A stretch of 64,000 bases of DNA, from NCBI RefSeq assembly GCF_030684315.1, contig NC_081373.1, positions 29,241,989 through 29,305,988 on the forward strand, read 5' to 3'. This DNA comes from Stegostoma tigrinum. Its lineage: Eukaryota. Positions 14,000 through 27,349 of this stretch are shown piece by piece; position 1 is the stretch's first letter; each line of letters opens with the position of its first letter. The notes beneath the pieces were generated by a model that saw nothing but the letters and a program-made list of their open reading frames with translations, searched no databases and had not been told where the DNA came from. Position numbers and translations under genes: made by a program.

Positions 14000-14505
14000 T
14001 GGTATACTGTATACAATTCTATAGGAAGGATGTTGTTATACTTCAGAAGGTGCAGAAAAGATTTAGAAGGATGTTTCAGGGACTGCAGAGGTTGAGTTAG
14101 AGGGAGAAGCCGGACATGGAGCAGCGGAGGCTGAGGGGTGACCTTACAGAGGTTTACAAAATCATGAGGGGCGTGAATAGGGTGAATAACCAAGCTGTTT
14201 TTCCGAAGGTGGGGAAGTCCAAACATAGAGGGCTTAGGTTTAAGATGAGCGGGGAAGTATGTAAAATGGACTCAATTGGTAACTTCTTCACACAGAGGGT
14301 TGTCCGTGTATGGAAGTGGTGGAGGCTGATAGAATTACAACACTTGAAAGGCATATGGATGGGTATGTGAATAGGAAGAGATTAGAGGGATATGGGCCAA
14401 ATGCTGGAAATTGGAACTGGGTCAAATTGGAATTCTAGTTGATATAAATAAGTTGGACTGAAGCATCTGTTTCTGTGCTTATGACTCTATGATTTTATGA
14501 CTCTA
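14000..14505 (+). mobile_element. CR1 LINE 3' end
   Basis: ORF 14116 EQRRLRGDLTEVYKIMRG..NFFTQRVV; octamer tail (ATGACTCT)n at 14481-14505. Confidence 0.9.
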
Positions 14506-14554
14506 CCAAGCCTCAGCTGCTCTTTCTACATTGCCATCCAACATACATTTAAAT

Positions 14555-17500
14555 CTATGATTTAGAAGGAGGCCATTCAGTCATTCAAGCCTCTCTCACA
14601 ATTCAAAAGATGATGACTGACCTGTTTATATTCCATATTCCCATCCATATTTTGGTTCCTTGCATGACAGGAATCTGCCTGCCTCTACTTTAGTAATATT
14701 CAATGACCCCACACACGTTGCTTTCTGAGACAGAGTTCCAAAGTCGCACAAGTTTTGTCTGTCAATCCCCATCCCAAAAGAATGAGTCCTAATTTCGAAA
14801 AATTTTCCCTCATTCTGGATTCACCACAAAAAAATGAAAGAAACTTGCCATGTCCAACTTCTCAAGACCATTCATAATCTTACAAACTCCAATCAGATCA
14901 TACTTACTCTTCTGTGCTCTAGTGAAAACAATTAATCCCAGTCCATGTAATCATACTTCTTAGGACAGCCCACTCATTCCAGATAACAATCTAGTAAACC
15001 TCTTCCAAATTGCCTCCAATACATATATATTCTTCTTTAAATATTGGAACCAAAACTGTATGTAGGATGTAATTTTATCAGGGCCTAAGCAATGTGGTAA
15101 TGGTAAGATGTGTGGCAGAATTGAGCAAAAGGTGCAACAAAGCCCATCTCGATGTTGGCAGCAACTCCACCTGACAAGATTTTCATTAGGCAGTAGTTCA
15201 TTGCCAATTGACAGTGATTATTCGTTGTTAAACACCTTGTAAACAGCCCAAATTAGTAATATTCAGCTTCCCATCTTAGCAAACATGCCAAATAAGTTCA
15301 ATATCAGGAAAACTAGACAAAGAAATCGAATGAGAACCTGGCAGATTGAGCTTGCTGCTTGATCCGAACATTATTGATGTTGGAAACTGGCACCAATGTC
15401 TGAGGGCACAGTATACAAGCCAACTGCACCCCATGTCCATAAATTTGACATACAACATTTGCTACCCTCTAACAGCCTTCATGGTACATTGTTCCACCTG
15501 CAAAACTCTTCCGCAAATCAATGATGTGCTTCGGGCTGCACAACTATCATTGAAATGCGATAGCAAGGACATTGTAAACTCAGGGACTTGCACCCAGATG
15601 AAGGACTGGACCAGGTTGCATCTCCAGGCTCTTTTCATGCTGGCATAGTGCTTATTCACTCTAAACCTACATGCGTGCTCACATCATCCCTGCCTTGCTT
15701 TGCCTTGCCTTTCCTTCTTGCGCTTTGGCCCATTCACCAGAGATGCCAGTTTATATCACCACTGTCTTGCTGTGCTGTTTAGCACAGACACAAAACCAGG
15801 AAGCTTGTCGTAGATGTAAACAGGCATCAGTCAGAGGGTAGCCTTTGCTAAGGAGGACCTGGCACTGTAAGTCAAGGGACAGTCTCTGATACCAGTCCAA
15901 GCCCTGTTGCAGGGCAGCCAGAGTTAGGATCATCTTCTCATAAGGGGTAATAAGTTGAACAATGGCCAGTGTGTCATTTGTCTTGATTCTCTGTACCCTA
16001 ATGTGGGCATTTTCCTTATGCAATGAGATAGGCAAGTATTATGGGAGATGATAGTGAGTGGCACAGCTATTATTGTTGGCGTAGCTGTGGAGATGTCCTG
16101 AGTGAATGATTAGGCAGTGCAGTGGACAGGCAGGGGTAGAGTTTTGGAAGTTGGATTGGGTGAGTGAGTGGGGAAAATGGTGCAAATGATAGTAAGACTG
16201 GTAGAACATGTGGATAATGTAAGTTTGTGTGAGGTATTAAGAACAGGATGTGGCACCTCCCCTGGCAGAATTTAAAAGGTCATTCACCTTCTTTCTGCAG
16301 CACTGGGCATTCTTTTAGATGTCTAAAAACATTTCAACTAATGTGGCCACCTTGGATCAGAATGGCACAGTCTGGTGTTGTGACCTCCACTCTTATTCCT
16401 GAGTTTCTGTAAAGTCCCACATCAGCACCAGCCATCCAGCAGGATTTCTAGCACCATGGCTACAAATCAGAATGCCGATTTTTCCTTGTCTGCCACATCC
16501 AGCGCAAAATCAGCAACTGTGTAAAGTGGCTTCTAACTGACAGTTCTTTTCTGAGTGTGTGCCTTTAAAGGTGGAACTGGCACAAGGGATGTTGGTGAAT
16601 TCCAGGATATCAATTATGTGGTGAGTTGTTCCTGGAATAACAGGTAGCAAGATAGGATAGAGTTCAGATATATGGGAAATCATGGATTACGGTAGATAAT
16701 GAGGTGGTTTTGATAAGATGTAGCAAGAGAACTCACTAGGCCTTGCACTGAAAAACCCTCCAAACCCTCAATGCAGCTCAGACATAGCCAGAAATAATGT
16801 TAAAATTCAGCCTGCAGAGATTGAGATGCACTCTCACAATGACCTGTCAAATTGAAGTGTAACATCCTTACTTTTATGTTCAATTCCACTTGTAATAAAA
16901 ACTAGTATCCCATTAGCCTTCCTGCTTATGTGCTGTATCTCATACTAATCTTTTGTGACTTCTGCACTGGATCACTTAGATCTTTGTACCTCAAAAGTCA
17001 TTTTGTGTTTAAGTAATTCTCTGCTTTTTCATTCTTCCTACCAAATTAAACAACTCTACGTTTTTTCACATTATACCTGCCAGATGTTTGTCTTACGTGT
17101 TTCATTATGCCATCTATGCAACACATTTTCTTATCTACCCTTGCGTCAACCTCAAATTCAGCCACATTGCATGCAATCCCCACTTATAAATCATTGATCT
17201 AAATTGTATAATGTTGAAAGAGCAGCACGGAACTCCACAGGATTCCATTTGTCATATCTTGCCAATCTAAAGAAGACCCATTTACTCATAGTGTTTTCTG
17301 CCAGTCAGCCAATCTTTCACTCATTCTGGTATGTTACTCCCTGCATCAATATCACTCACGTCATACAAAATTCTTTTATATTGAACAATGTCAATGCCTT
17401 TTGGAAATCCAAGTAAATTTCATTAAAGTTCCTTGTAATCCATAATGCTTAGTTGTCATTTGAAAATTTCCAATGAGTTTGCTAAACAAAATTTCTCTTT

Positions 17501-17720
17501 CTCGCTGCCTCTGTCTGATTTCCCTTGACATTTTCGAGGTGCCCAGTTATAACTTTCTTAATGACCAGTTCTAACAACCTCCCCATGACACATTACAGTT
17601 AACTGCCATTTCCTCTTTTCAGCCCCCACCTTCTTGAATTGATTTGGTCTGTTTGCTTCCAGTCTGTTGAGAGCATCTATCCACATTCTTCCGCATTTTG
17701 GTTATAGATAACTTTAATAT
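14555..17720 (-). mobile_element. Old CR1 LINE split by a DNA-transposon insertion (15065-16812)
   Basis: CR1 3' and RT-like sequence on both sides; ccaaaactgta..|..ctcacaatgacctg is collinear across the insert. Confidence 0.7.
15065..16812 (-). mobile_element. Non-autonomous PIF/Harbinger-like element with Myb/SANT remnant
   Basis: Imperfect TIRs ggatgtaatttta / taaaattcagcc; minus strand LEILLD... and KNAQCCRKKVNDLLNSAR (~16261-16314). Confidence 0.65.
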
Positions 17721-20700
17721 TTGGGATAGCTGATGTTTTAAAGTCAGTTTTACTTTTTCTTGCTAGGTTGTTAACCAAGGCTGACAAAAATCACATTATT
17801 GTATGTACTATGATGGCAACCCTTACCAGCTTGAGGTTGGAGTAGTTTGCTGTCATCTTCCTCTTTCCTTGATGGATTTAAAGGCCCAGTTTGTTTATCG
17901 TGGTAGAGAAGAATCATGAGTAATTCTGAATGAAAAAAGGTTTTAGTCTGAAACAAGATCGAGCTTATTGCCTGATTGCAACTAGGAGCAAGTTACATTA
18001 GTAAGCTGTACATTGCAATTAAGACTATGGGGAAGCATAGAATATAGATTACTATTCTTCAAGAATCCTAAGAAGGCTTCCTTCTTCACCCATCCTCTGA
18101 TATCATCAAATTGGGAGAAACTGAAAGAAATCTGCAACAGTAACCTTTTTTCAACTGTTACTTTTCTAGAGTTATCTGGTTCTGTGTACTAAGTACCCAG
18201 ATTCACAACTCTTTCCACACTTTGAAAGAGAGATTGGCACAAGAAGCTAGATGGTAGGAATTTACTTAGAAAAGGTTAGGTGAGATACTGACCACATGTG
18301 ATTTTTCAGGGATAAAGAGCATCTCAACTTTCTTCGCCTTCCCCCTTTGTTCCTTAGGCATTTTATATGCTCCTTATAATATCAAAATAATCTTTATGAG
18401 ACATGGAGACCAAACCTTCATGTAATACTCAAGGGAGGTCTCATTAGGGCCAAATAACCTCTTTGGATGTACATGTTATCCCCTTCATATGTATATCTGT
18501 TTCTTATTTACAAATTGTGTTGACGGTTATGGGCTTGCTCTTTAAAACCAAAGGTCTCTCTTCTGTTGCAGAATACTGTCAGTACTTTCCCAGTTAGCAA
18601 ATGTTTGAAAAAGGTCAACGCAAAGTACTACAAATGCTGGAAATATGAACTAAATATTGTCATTGGCTGAGAAAAGCAGTTTTCTCAACCCATTCAAAGC
18701 TCAAAGTTTAAAGCATATCTATAAATAACTAAAATAGAGAACACCTTTGGCAACTTCTTCATCGAGAGTGATCTATATACATGGCAATATCTGAGGAAGC
18801 AAACTCTTTTGAGATGTTCAACATCCAAAGAGAATAAGCTGTCATCAGGAATGTTTTATTCAAATGTCAAGTAAACAAATTTGGATGGCGGATCCCAAGG
18901 GCAGACAGAGGCTTAGGAAATGAACAATCTACTTGCTCAGATATTGAGAGTAAAGTGGTGGAGAAAGCAAACATCAAACCAATGGCAAAAAAGAGGAAAA
19001 GTGGTCAGCGGTCTTTTGAGGTTAGAAAATATTTCATCACATGATAGTTTACATGAGTAGTTCCTTCGAAGTAGCAGGCTAGCAAAACAATGAGAGCAAA
19101 TTTTGGTGGAATCAATATGAAATATTTCTGTATCCTCTTGCATCTAACATTCTTTGATAAAACATGTTTTGTATTGAGCAGTTGCATTTTTCTTTCAAAG
19201 CAAAGCATTAAGATAATTTTAGCTGGACATCCCTGAAATATTTGTGTGGCAGGTTGACAGGCAGGTATGGAGCAACTTCATTTGATACTAGCTTTTATGC
19301 TTTTGACTGTCCTTGGCAGCTAAACAGAAATAATTTCTTTTCAGAAATGCAACCTCCATAATAAGTTTAAAAGGAAACGCTCAAACAAGTACATTTTTTT
19401 TGTCACATAGATGATTTCATAAACAATTTTTTCCCCTCTAACATGATGTGCAATCTGCCGGTAATTCTTCGCTACATAAAATAGTCTGGGATTTGTGTGA
19501 TGGTTCCCCCCCCACAGTAACACTTGGAAGGTTGTGAGATGAAATGCTGCTTAGGATAATGTAATTGGCCTTAAGGTACTGGATTTGAATTATAACATGT
19601 GATTTATATTCTGGAAATTAAAGACTCACTCATTTTCTAATTTAATTCCATCTTCTATGGAAAAATGTTCACTCTGAACTAAATTGGCGAATAATGTTGC
19701 TAATTCAAATGCAGATGTAATTTCGATACTGGTAGCAGTTTGCCATGATTGACGAGTCCCCGATGAACCGTTATGTTTCTTATCTCCTAATCTCACAAAT
19801 TCTCTGCAGTTGTGATAATAACTTCAGCTGCTGGAAAAAGGGAAAGAAATTAAATTCTCAACCGCCTGTCAATTCAGGCTCCATTTCCACCTGACATGTG
19901 CTGATTTAGTATCAAGTGCTCCTATTGAATATAAGAAACATGACTGGAAGACAGGCATTCTCCTGATAGTGAATATGACGGGTCTGTGTTCCTTGTTATT
20001 TGTTCAACATTAATAAATCGAAAAGCCTATGCCTTCCAGAAAATGTTTATCTGTATGATCGACACTGCCATCGTTTAGTATGTTGAATACAAATATGCTT
20101 TATCCATCATCCAACAGAATTTGAATAAGCCTATTAGATCTTGTGATATTAATTCCAAATTCTCAGAAAATCTTATTCAACCTGCAAGGTAAACTCAGAA
20201 AGAGACTACTTTTGTAAATATCAGCTGAAACCATAAATATTATATTGATACAAAAGATAATAGATTTATCTAGATAGCCCTTAGTTTAAATGTTATGCCA
20301 TTATTACAGAAATGATAGCTACCAAGAAAAGCTATTACGTAACATTATTAAACTTGCGAAATAAATGAGTACAGTATACACAGAAGCTTTCATTACGGTT
20401 TGGTTACTTCAGACTGTAATGATTCTTATAACTTGATATTACTAGGTCCAACATCTCTAAACACTTACATATAAATACATGAATAAGTGGCCTCTTTGTC
20501 ACATTTTGATTAATTCAAGTGAACCCAATGCCAGTTAACTTTTCATTGTTACTTCCAAATCTGTTGTAATGCTTCTCTTGAAAACAGTAAACAAGGGCTT
20601 GAGCAAACAACTGCCTATAACAATAAACTGTGAACTTAGTCTCACTTTTCAGGGGAAGATTTATTCTTCGTTGTGCAAGGCCGTAATAATTTATTTTCCA

Positions 20701-23459
20701 TTACATATATTTTATGCAGCAGATAACGAATAATTGACTGTAAGATATAGTTATATAATTCTGTGAGTGAACAGATTGAATGAGTCTGAGTTATTGCCAA
20801 CTGATGAGGGGAAATATAAGTCATTCTATTTATAGAATATTATTTCAAAATAATTAATAACATTCTTAACATTTGTATAACACTTTGTGTTGAATTTAAT
20901 AAAGTATATTATGTTGGTAGAAAGTCCTTTTTGCTCTCTACTCTGTCAAGTGAGCTATTTTTCATTTCTTCCGATGATCCTGACTACCATCTTACAAAGT
21001 TCATTAACATGGAGTAAAGTAATAAAGTTAAGAGGAAGTAACACCCAAACCCACTCCATTTCAAGTTTTCATATAGGTAGAGGTTATGCTTTATCAGTAA
21101 ATTAATTTTATTAATATTGTTTTAATATTTTATTCAAAAAAGAGAACTCACAAGTTAATTGGTGTGTTCATATAATAGATCTCTAAGCTACGTGATAGTG
21201 GCTTGAATTTAGATTTGCTGCTGATGGGTTTTTTTAATGCCAGCCAAACGGTATGGGAGACACTAATTCAAATCAAGCAGAATTTCAATTATTTTGTAAG
21301 ATGTATTCACATGGATTCTGCTGTATTTCCAGCAGGATGTCTGCAGACTCTACTGGAAAATGAAGGGGCCGAACTTAATGGGTTCCTGCATATTCTGGAA
21401 CTCTCATCTTATTTAAAAGGTTCCCTTCACTTTCCCAACACATTAAGGATCCGGCGTATTACTGAAGGACAGTATTCCAACTTAACTTACTGAAGAAATC
21501 TAGGTGAACACAATGGCATTGGTAAGGTATTACTTTGTGAAAGAAAATTATATTGGACCTTAATACAGGGTCTGAGAGGAAGCACTGCAAATAAATGTGG
21601 ATGCTATACAAATGACTATATCCTGTAAAGGACCTCCTGATTAATTCCGGAGGCCACTGAATCATATAGGAGATTAATAGTGACTGGTGTTGGTTGTGAA
21701 GATGGAAATGATGGGTGTCTTGGGTGGGCGAAATAGCAGAAGGGTTCCTGTCTAAATTATTTGTGAAGGATTGTGTCACATCATAATACAGTCTTCATCA
21801 ATTATGGTCATTTACACTTGTAATTTGATTCAAATTATGGTTTCACACAATCTCTGTCAGAAAAATAACCTCATTCCTTTGTTTCCTTTCCATATTCTCT
21901 CTATTTCAAGTATTAGCTAGATAAATGCACACATACATAATAGTTATATATCTAGCTAACTTAGAGAGTATAAAGCAAACAAAAAGTGTTTCTTGGCATT
22001 ATACTATGTCTTAATTTAATTTAGAATTTGAGCTAGCCTAACTTGTATGTATTTGTCGCTACTCAACAGTGTTCTGACTTATTGGTACAGTGAGTAAAAG
22101 GGTGGCATATAATTTACAGGTCGGTTTATAAGAGAAGTGAAAAGATTTATAAATTTAAAATTTAAAATAGAACCTATTGGAAAAATAATATTACAGTACC
22201 TAGTTGCTATAAAACATTAACAAACTGTTTCAGATATGGTGTTTCTGTTTAATAGCACCATTTTTTAAATGTCTATGGGAAAAATTAATGCAAATCTTTT
22301 CAGGACAAAATCAGCAGTAACAGTGCCAACTAATTTTTGCTCATTTGATTTGAATTATTAATAAGAAAGAAATCTACCATATGTTCCCAAAAGAACAGGA
22401 TACATTTATTTTAAATAAAATTACTGCGTTTGAGGCAATATAAGTAGTTCTTAACTGCTCTCATAGATAGCATGACTTAAATAATGATGCAACTTGTATT
22501 TGAATGAGGGACAAAACAGCTGCTCCCTGAATAAAAGTTGGCTGCCCTGCTCTATCAGTGCCATTCTGTCATTGCCTCCATTGCCTTAATCATCTGTTTC
22601 TCATTTTAATTAAAACGAAATAATCCGTTTTTCTATTTAAGTCTTCATCCGTAGCAGCAAATGGTTTTTACCAGCTCCACTGGCTAGTCTACAACTCAGA
22701 CTAAATTATTTTATGGCATAATTGTGAATAAAAAAGAGTGTTGTCTATCAGCAGTAAAAAAAAATGCTAATTTAATGTAGAAAAATGTGACATAATGATC
22801 AGGAACATACAGTGTCATTCAAAAAACACTTTAATACATGCAATAATGCACTTAAAGGCACAATGAATCTACAACTATAGCTGGCACACAACCCATGTTC
22901 TAGCATAGGCAGAAAACATGTGCACAGATATTAATAAATGTTAACAACAGAAACTTTATGATAATAGTTTTACTGTTCTTTCACTTTTTATTTCATCTAT
23001 TTCTGTGTGCTTTGAATTGTCACTGCTTAGTTGCTCACAGGAATTTAATTTTATACATTTTTGAAATATGAGTATTACTACCAAGGCTAGCATTTAACAC
23101 CTATCCCTTGCTGCTATTGAAAAGGTGGTAGTTAACCATTTTCTGGAATTGCTGCAGATCATGTGACAAAAGTACTTCCACAAATCTATTGGGTAGTGAG
23201 GTTTAGCATTTGTTTTAGCGCATATTCCTACATATCTCGCACCTCCACTCTTCTAGGTGTTGAAGATTTCCAATGTAGGAGGCACTGTTGACAAATCCTT
23301 CTTGAGTTACTGCAGTTCAGTATTCATCCTATATAAGTGAAGAGGTTGGATGTTGATGCCAGTATAGGGAGCACTGATTAAGCAGACAGCTTTATCTGGA
23401 TTGTATTGAATTATTTGAGAGTTGTAGCAGCTGTACCTATGCAGACAGTGCAGTGAACG

Positions 23460-24120
23460 TAGGTTTAGGAAATGGAACTTATCAGGTGGAAAAATTGGCA
23501 ATTGAAGAGCATTTGGGCGGCCATGACCATAATTCAGTTTTAACACAATTTCAGAAAAGGGAAAAAGATTGAACATGACTTAAAGTTCTAAATTGGGGTA
23601 AGTCCAATTTTATTAAGCTGAGGAATGATTTAGCAAAAGTGGTCTGGAAGCAGCTACTAGAGAATAAATCAATGTTGGAGAAGTCAGAGGCATTCAAAGG
23701 GAAGATTTATGAGATGATTTTCACAAAGAAAAAGGCCATATCTACAGCCTAAAGCGTAAAGGGTAAAGCACAAAAGAAAAGCATTATGTCTGATACCGAG
23801 ATCTCAATGCTATAGAAAGCCAAGAGGAGCACAGAAAGTCGAAGGGTAAAATCAAAATAGAAATTAGGAAAGCAAAGTAAACGTGAAAGAATGTTGACAA
23901 ATAAAAACAAGTTGAACCCAAAGATGTTTTATTGATACATTAGGATAAAAGAATAACCAAGGAAAGAGTAGGCCCACAAAAGTAACCCATGTATTGAGGT
24001 GGAAGATGTTGTTGCAGTTCTTAATGAGTATTTTATATCAGCCTTAAAAATAAGTGGTTAATGCAAATGTCATTGTTGAGGAGGACTGTAATGTATTGGA
24101 TGTAATAAACATACAAACGT
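23460..24120 (+). mobile_element. CR1 ORF2 internal fragment, probably continuing at 27350-28860
   Basis: gaccataattca..., gttcttaatgagtatttt (VLNEYF); A-rich CR1-like sequence. Confidence 0.6.
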
Positions 24121-24966
24121 ATGTTATGAGATGAAGACAGACAGCCAAAACAAATCAGTCTCCATAACCCTGTATTTACAAGACAGTAAAACTAAAATAT
24201 TCAATGACAGAGAAAATTTCCCCAATGGTTCCTAACCAGACTTTTTGAATAACCAATACCTGACACCAAATTTATAGCTTAAACAAAACAGTTAACAAAT
24301 TATTAATAATACAGTAGTTTTAACAAAGAAAATTAAACAGTAGGGTATTCTAATTAAGGTTTGTGATTTAAACCCAATGTTCTTTGACTCTAGTCCCCAG
24401 TTATACAGAAACAGATGGACAAACAGACACATATAAGGGATAAATTAAAAGAAGATGTAATTAGCCAGTTCATGTAAACAGTTTCCAAGATACATAATAC
24501 TTTGACACTTGGTACATTACCTTGCTTGTAGACACTGTTCAAATCAAATAGCTTCCAGCAGCCTACGACAAATATTCATTTAATTCTTATAACTGAGATT
24601 CCATCTCTGAACTTTCAATAAGCTGATAATGGGAGGATATTCAAGAAACAATCAAACATTTGAGCTGTAACTTTGGGAGCCACGTATTTTCTGACTTAAA
24701 CACAGTTCAAAACCAGTTCAAATTTTGATTTCTCTTTTTGTGTATTCCAACATTTTCTTTGTTACCATAACTTCCTGTGAGGTCCCAATATGTTCAAACA
24801 TCTGCCAACTGTTTGAGCATAAAACATCACTGAAACTGAAGTGTCTACAGTTCGTTGAACAAGAATCAACCTGCAATTAATTTTCAGGCCTGGTCTCATA
24901 AATAAATATCAGTTTGTTTGTTCTGTTCTCTTTGAAATAAGCTGCTGCTCACAGCTCAGAAATTAC

Positions 24967-25316
24967 CTTCAGCTCTCAGCCAACAGCTCATAGCTCCAAA
25001 TGAAAATTGATAAAACAAAAATAAAAATTTTGAAGGTCTTGGCATGTAGAAAATAGGAGCAAGAGTAATCCTTTCAGTCCTTGGAAGACAAACAGGAGGC
25101 TGGAAGAACAGAGATAAAGGGAACTGCAGTTGCTGGAGAATCCAAGATAGCATCTGCAGTTCCCATTATCTCTGTTCTTCCAGCCTCCTGTTTGTCTTCC
25201 AAGGGCTGAAGGGATTACTCCTGCTCCTATTTTCTACGTGCCGAGACCTTCAAAATTTTTATTTTTGTTTTATCAATTTTCATTTGGAGCTGTGAGCTAT
25301 TAGCTGTGGACTGAAG
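24967..25316. repeat. Long inverted repeat (~168-bp arms, 14-nt loop) centred on a PLE 3' end
   Basis: 24967-25134 is the reverse complement of 25149-25316, with mostly transition mismatches. Confidence 0.95.
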
Positions 25317-25380
25317 AACTTAGCAGGCCAGGCGGCATCTGAAAAGGACTAGTTAACACTTTGGGTATTACCCTTCCATG

Positions 25381-27060
25381 AAACCTGCTCTGCCATTCTT
25401 TATGAACATATTTGATCAACCAGCTCAATTCCTGTTCCTGCTTTTCCCTCATATCCTTTTATCCCTTTAGCTCCAAATCCTTCTTCAATTATACAATGTT
25501 TTGGTTGTGACTGCATTCTGTGGTAGCAAATTCCGCAGACTCATCACTCCAGGTGAAGAAATTCCTTCCTATCTCAGTCCTAAATGGCTTACCCCATATT
25601 CTCAGACCATCACCTCCGGTTCTGAACTCCCCCACCATTGGGAACATACTTCCTGCATGTACCCAATCTAGTCCTGTTAGAATTTTATAGGTTTCAATGA
25701 AATCGCTCTTAATCTTCTGAATTCCAGTGAATATAATCCTAACCAATTCAACCTCTCCTCATATGTCAGTACTGACATTCTGGGTATCAGTCTCGTATAC
25801 ATTTGCTGCAGTCCCTTTTTAGCAAGAATATCTTTCGTCAGATAAGGAGACTGAAATTGCATATGATATTCCAGGTGTAGTCTCAGCGAGGCTCTTTATA
25901 ATTATAGCAGGATGTCTTTGCTCTCGTACTCAAATCCTTTTGTCATGAGGGCAAACATGCCAAATGTCTTCTTTACTGCCTGCTGCACCTGCATGCTTAT
26001 CTTCTAATACAGGTTTATGATGGCACCCAGTTCTCATTACTAATTCCCCTAACTCAGTTTATAACCATTCTGATAATAATCTGCCTTCTTGTTTTTGCTA
26101 TCAAAGTGGACAATCTCCAATTCATCCAAATTAGACTGTAACGGCCATGTATTTGCCCACTCAGCTTGTCCAAATCGTAATGAACCATTTCTGTATCCTC
26201 TTCGCAGCACACCCTCCCACACAGTTTTGTGTCACCTGCAAATTTGGAGATATTACATTTAGTTCCCTCATCTAGAACATACAGCAGTATAGCACAGTAT
26301 AGGCCTTTTGGCCCACGATGTTGTGCCAACCTATTATCCTACTAAGATCAAACTACCCTGCATGCCCTACATTTTACTATCTGCATGTGCCGATCCAAGA
26401 GTTGCTTAAAAGTCTCCAAAGTATCTGACTCTAAAGTCTCTAAAATGTCTGACTCCACAACTATTAATATGTATTTTAATTAGCTGAGGTCCTAGCACTG
26501 ATCCCCGCAGTACCCAACTAGTCACTACCTGTCATTCAGAGAAAGACCCATTTATTTCTACTCTCGGTTTCCTGTCTGACAAACAGTTTTCTAGTCAATA
26601 CACTACTCTCAACTGCATGCGTTTTAATTTGAAGTGCTTATGGGGGACTCTGTTGAATGTGCAAATAGAGCTCATCCACTAGCTGTGCTTCATCAGCACT
26701 ACTAGTCCCTGAAGAATTCCAGTACATTTGTCAAGCATGATGTCCCTTTCATAAATCTATGCTGACTCTATCTGATCCTGGACTCTATCATTTTCCCCAC
26801 CAACAATGTCAGGCTGGTCCATCAGTCTCAAATTTTTCTCTACTTCCCTTCTTAAATAAAGGGGTTGCATTAGCTACCCTCCAAACTGTAGGCACTGTTC
26901 CAGTGTCTATAAAATCTTCAAAGATGACCACTGAATGAACAATGCAACTGTTATTTCTCGGGCCACTTTCTTAAATACTCTAGGATGCAGAATGTTGAGG
27001 CCTGAGGATTTATCAGCCTTCAATCACATCAGTTTCACCGACACCATTTCCTTTAGTACT
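25381..27060 (-). mobile_element. CR1 LINE 3' portion; its extreme tail lies at ~25043-25082, and a second CR1 tail is nested at ~26272-26460
   Basis: ORFs 25489, 25677 and 26054 (LGLYSLEFRRLR, CNISKFAGDTKL). Confidence 0.9.
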
Positions 27061-27349
27061 TCCCTCTCTCTAAACTCACTAAACACTCCAGGAATTCCTT
27101 CTCAACAATATTATTACTAATTTGATTTTGCTAATCTGTGCGCAAATTAAAGTGATCCACAATTACAGATGTTCTTTTATGGCATATATCTCTAATTTTC
27201 TGTTTAATGCCATTCTCAATATCACATCTACAGTTTGGGCAACTACATACAAAGCCCACATATTTTTGCCCCTTGGTATTTCTCTGGTCTACACATACAG
27301 ATTTCACATCATTAGAGCTAATATCATTCCTCACTATTCCTCCTCCTAA

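Larger units (their letters stand above)
24123..27107. mobile_element. Possible solo LTR (TGTT...AACA) interrupted by CR1 and PLE insertions
   Basis: Starts tgttatgag, ends ctcaaca, and splits a CR1; no clear TSD. Confidence 0.3.

Noticed and set aside
26410-26457. ~23-bp tandem duplication, and similar short repeats at ~43659-43692 and ~60859-60925
   Set aside because: Probably ordinary slippage or MITE subterminal motifs; too short to support a claim.
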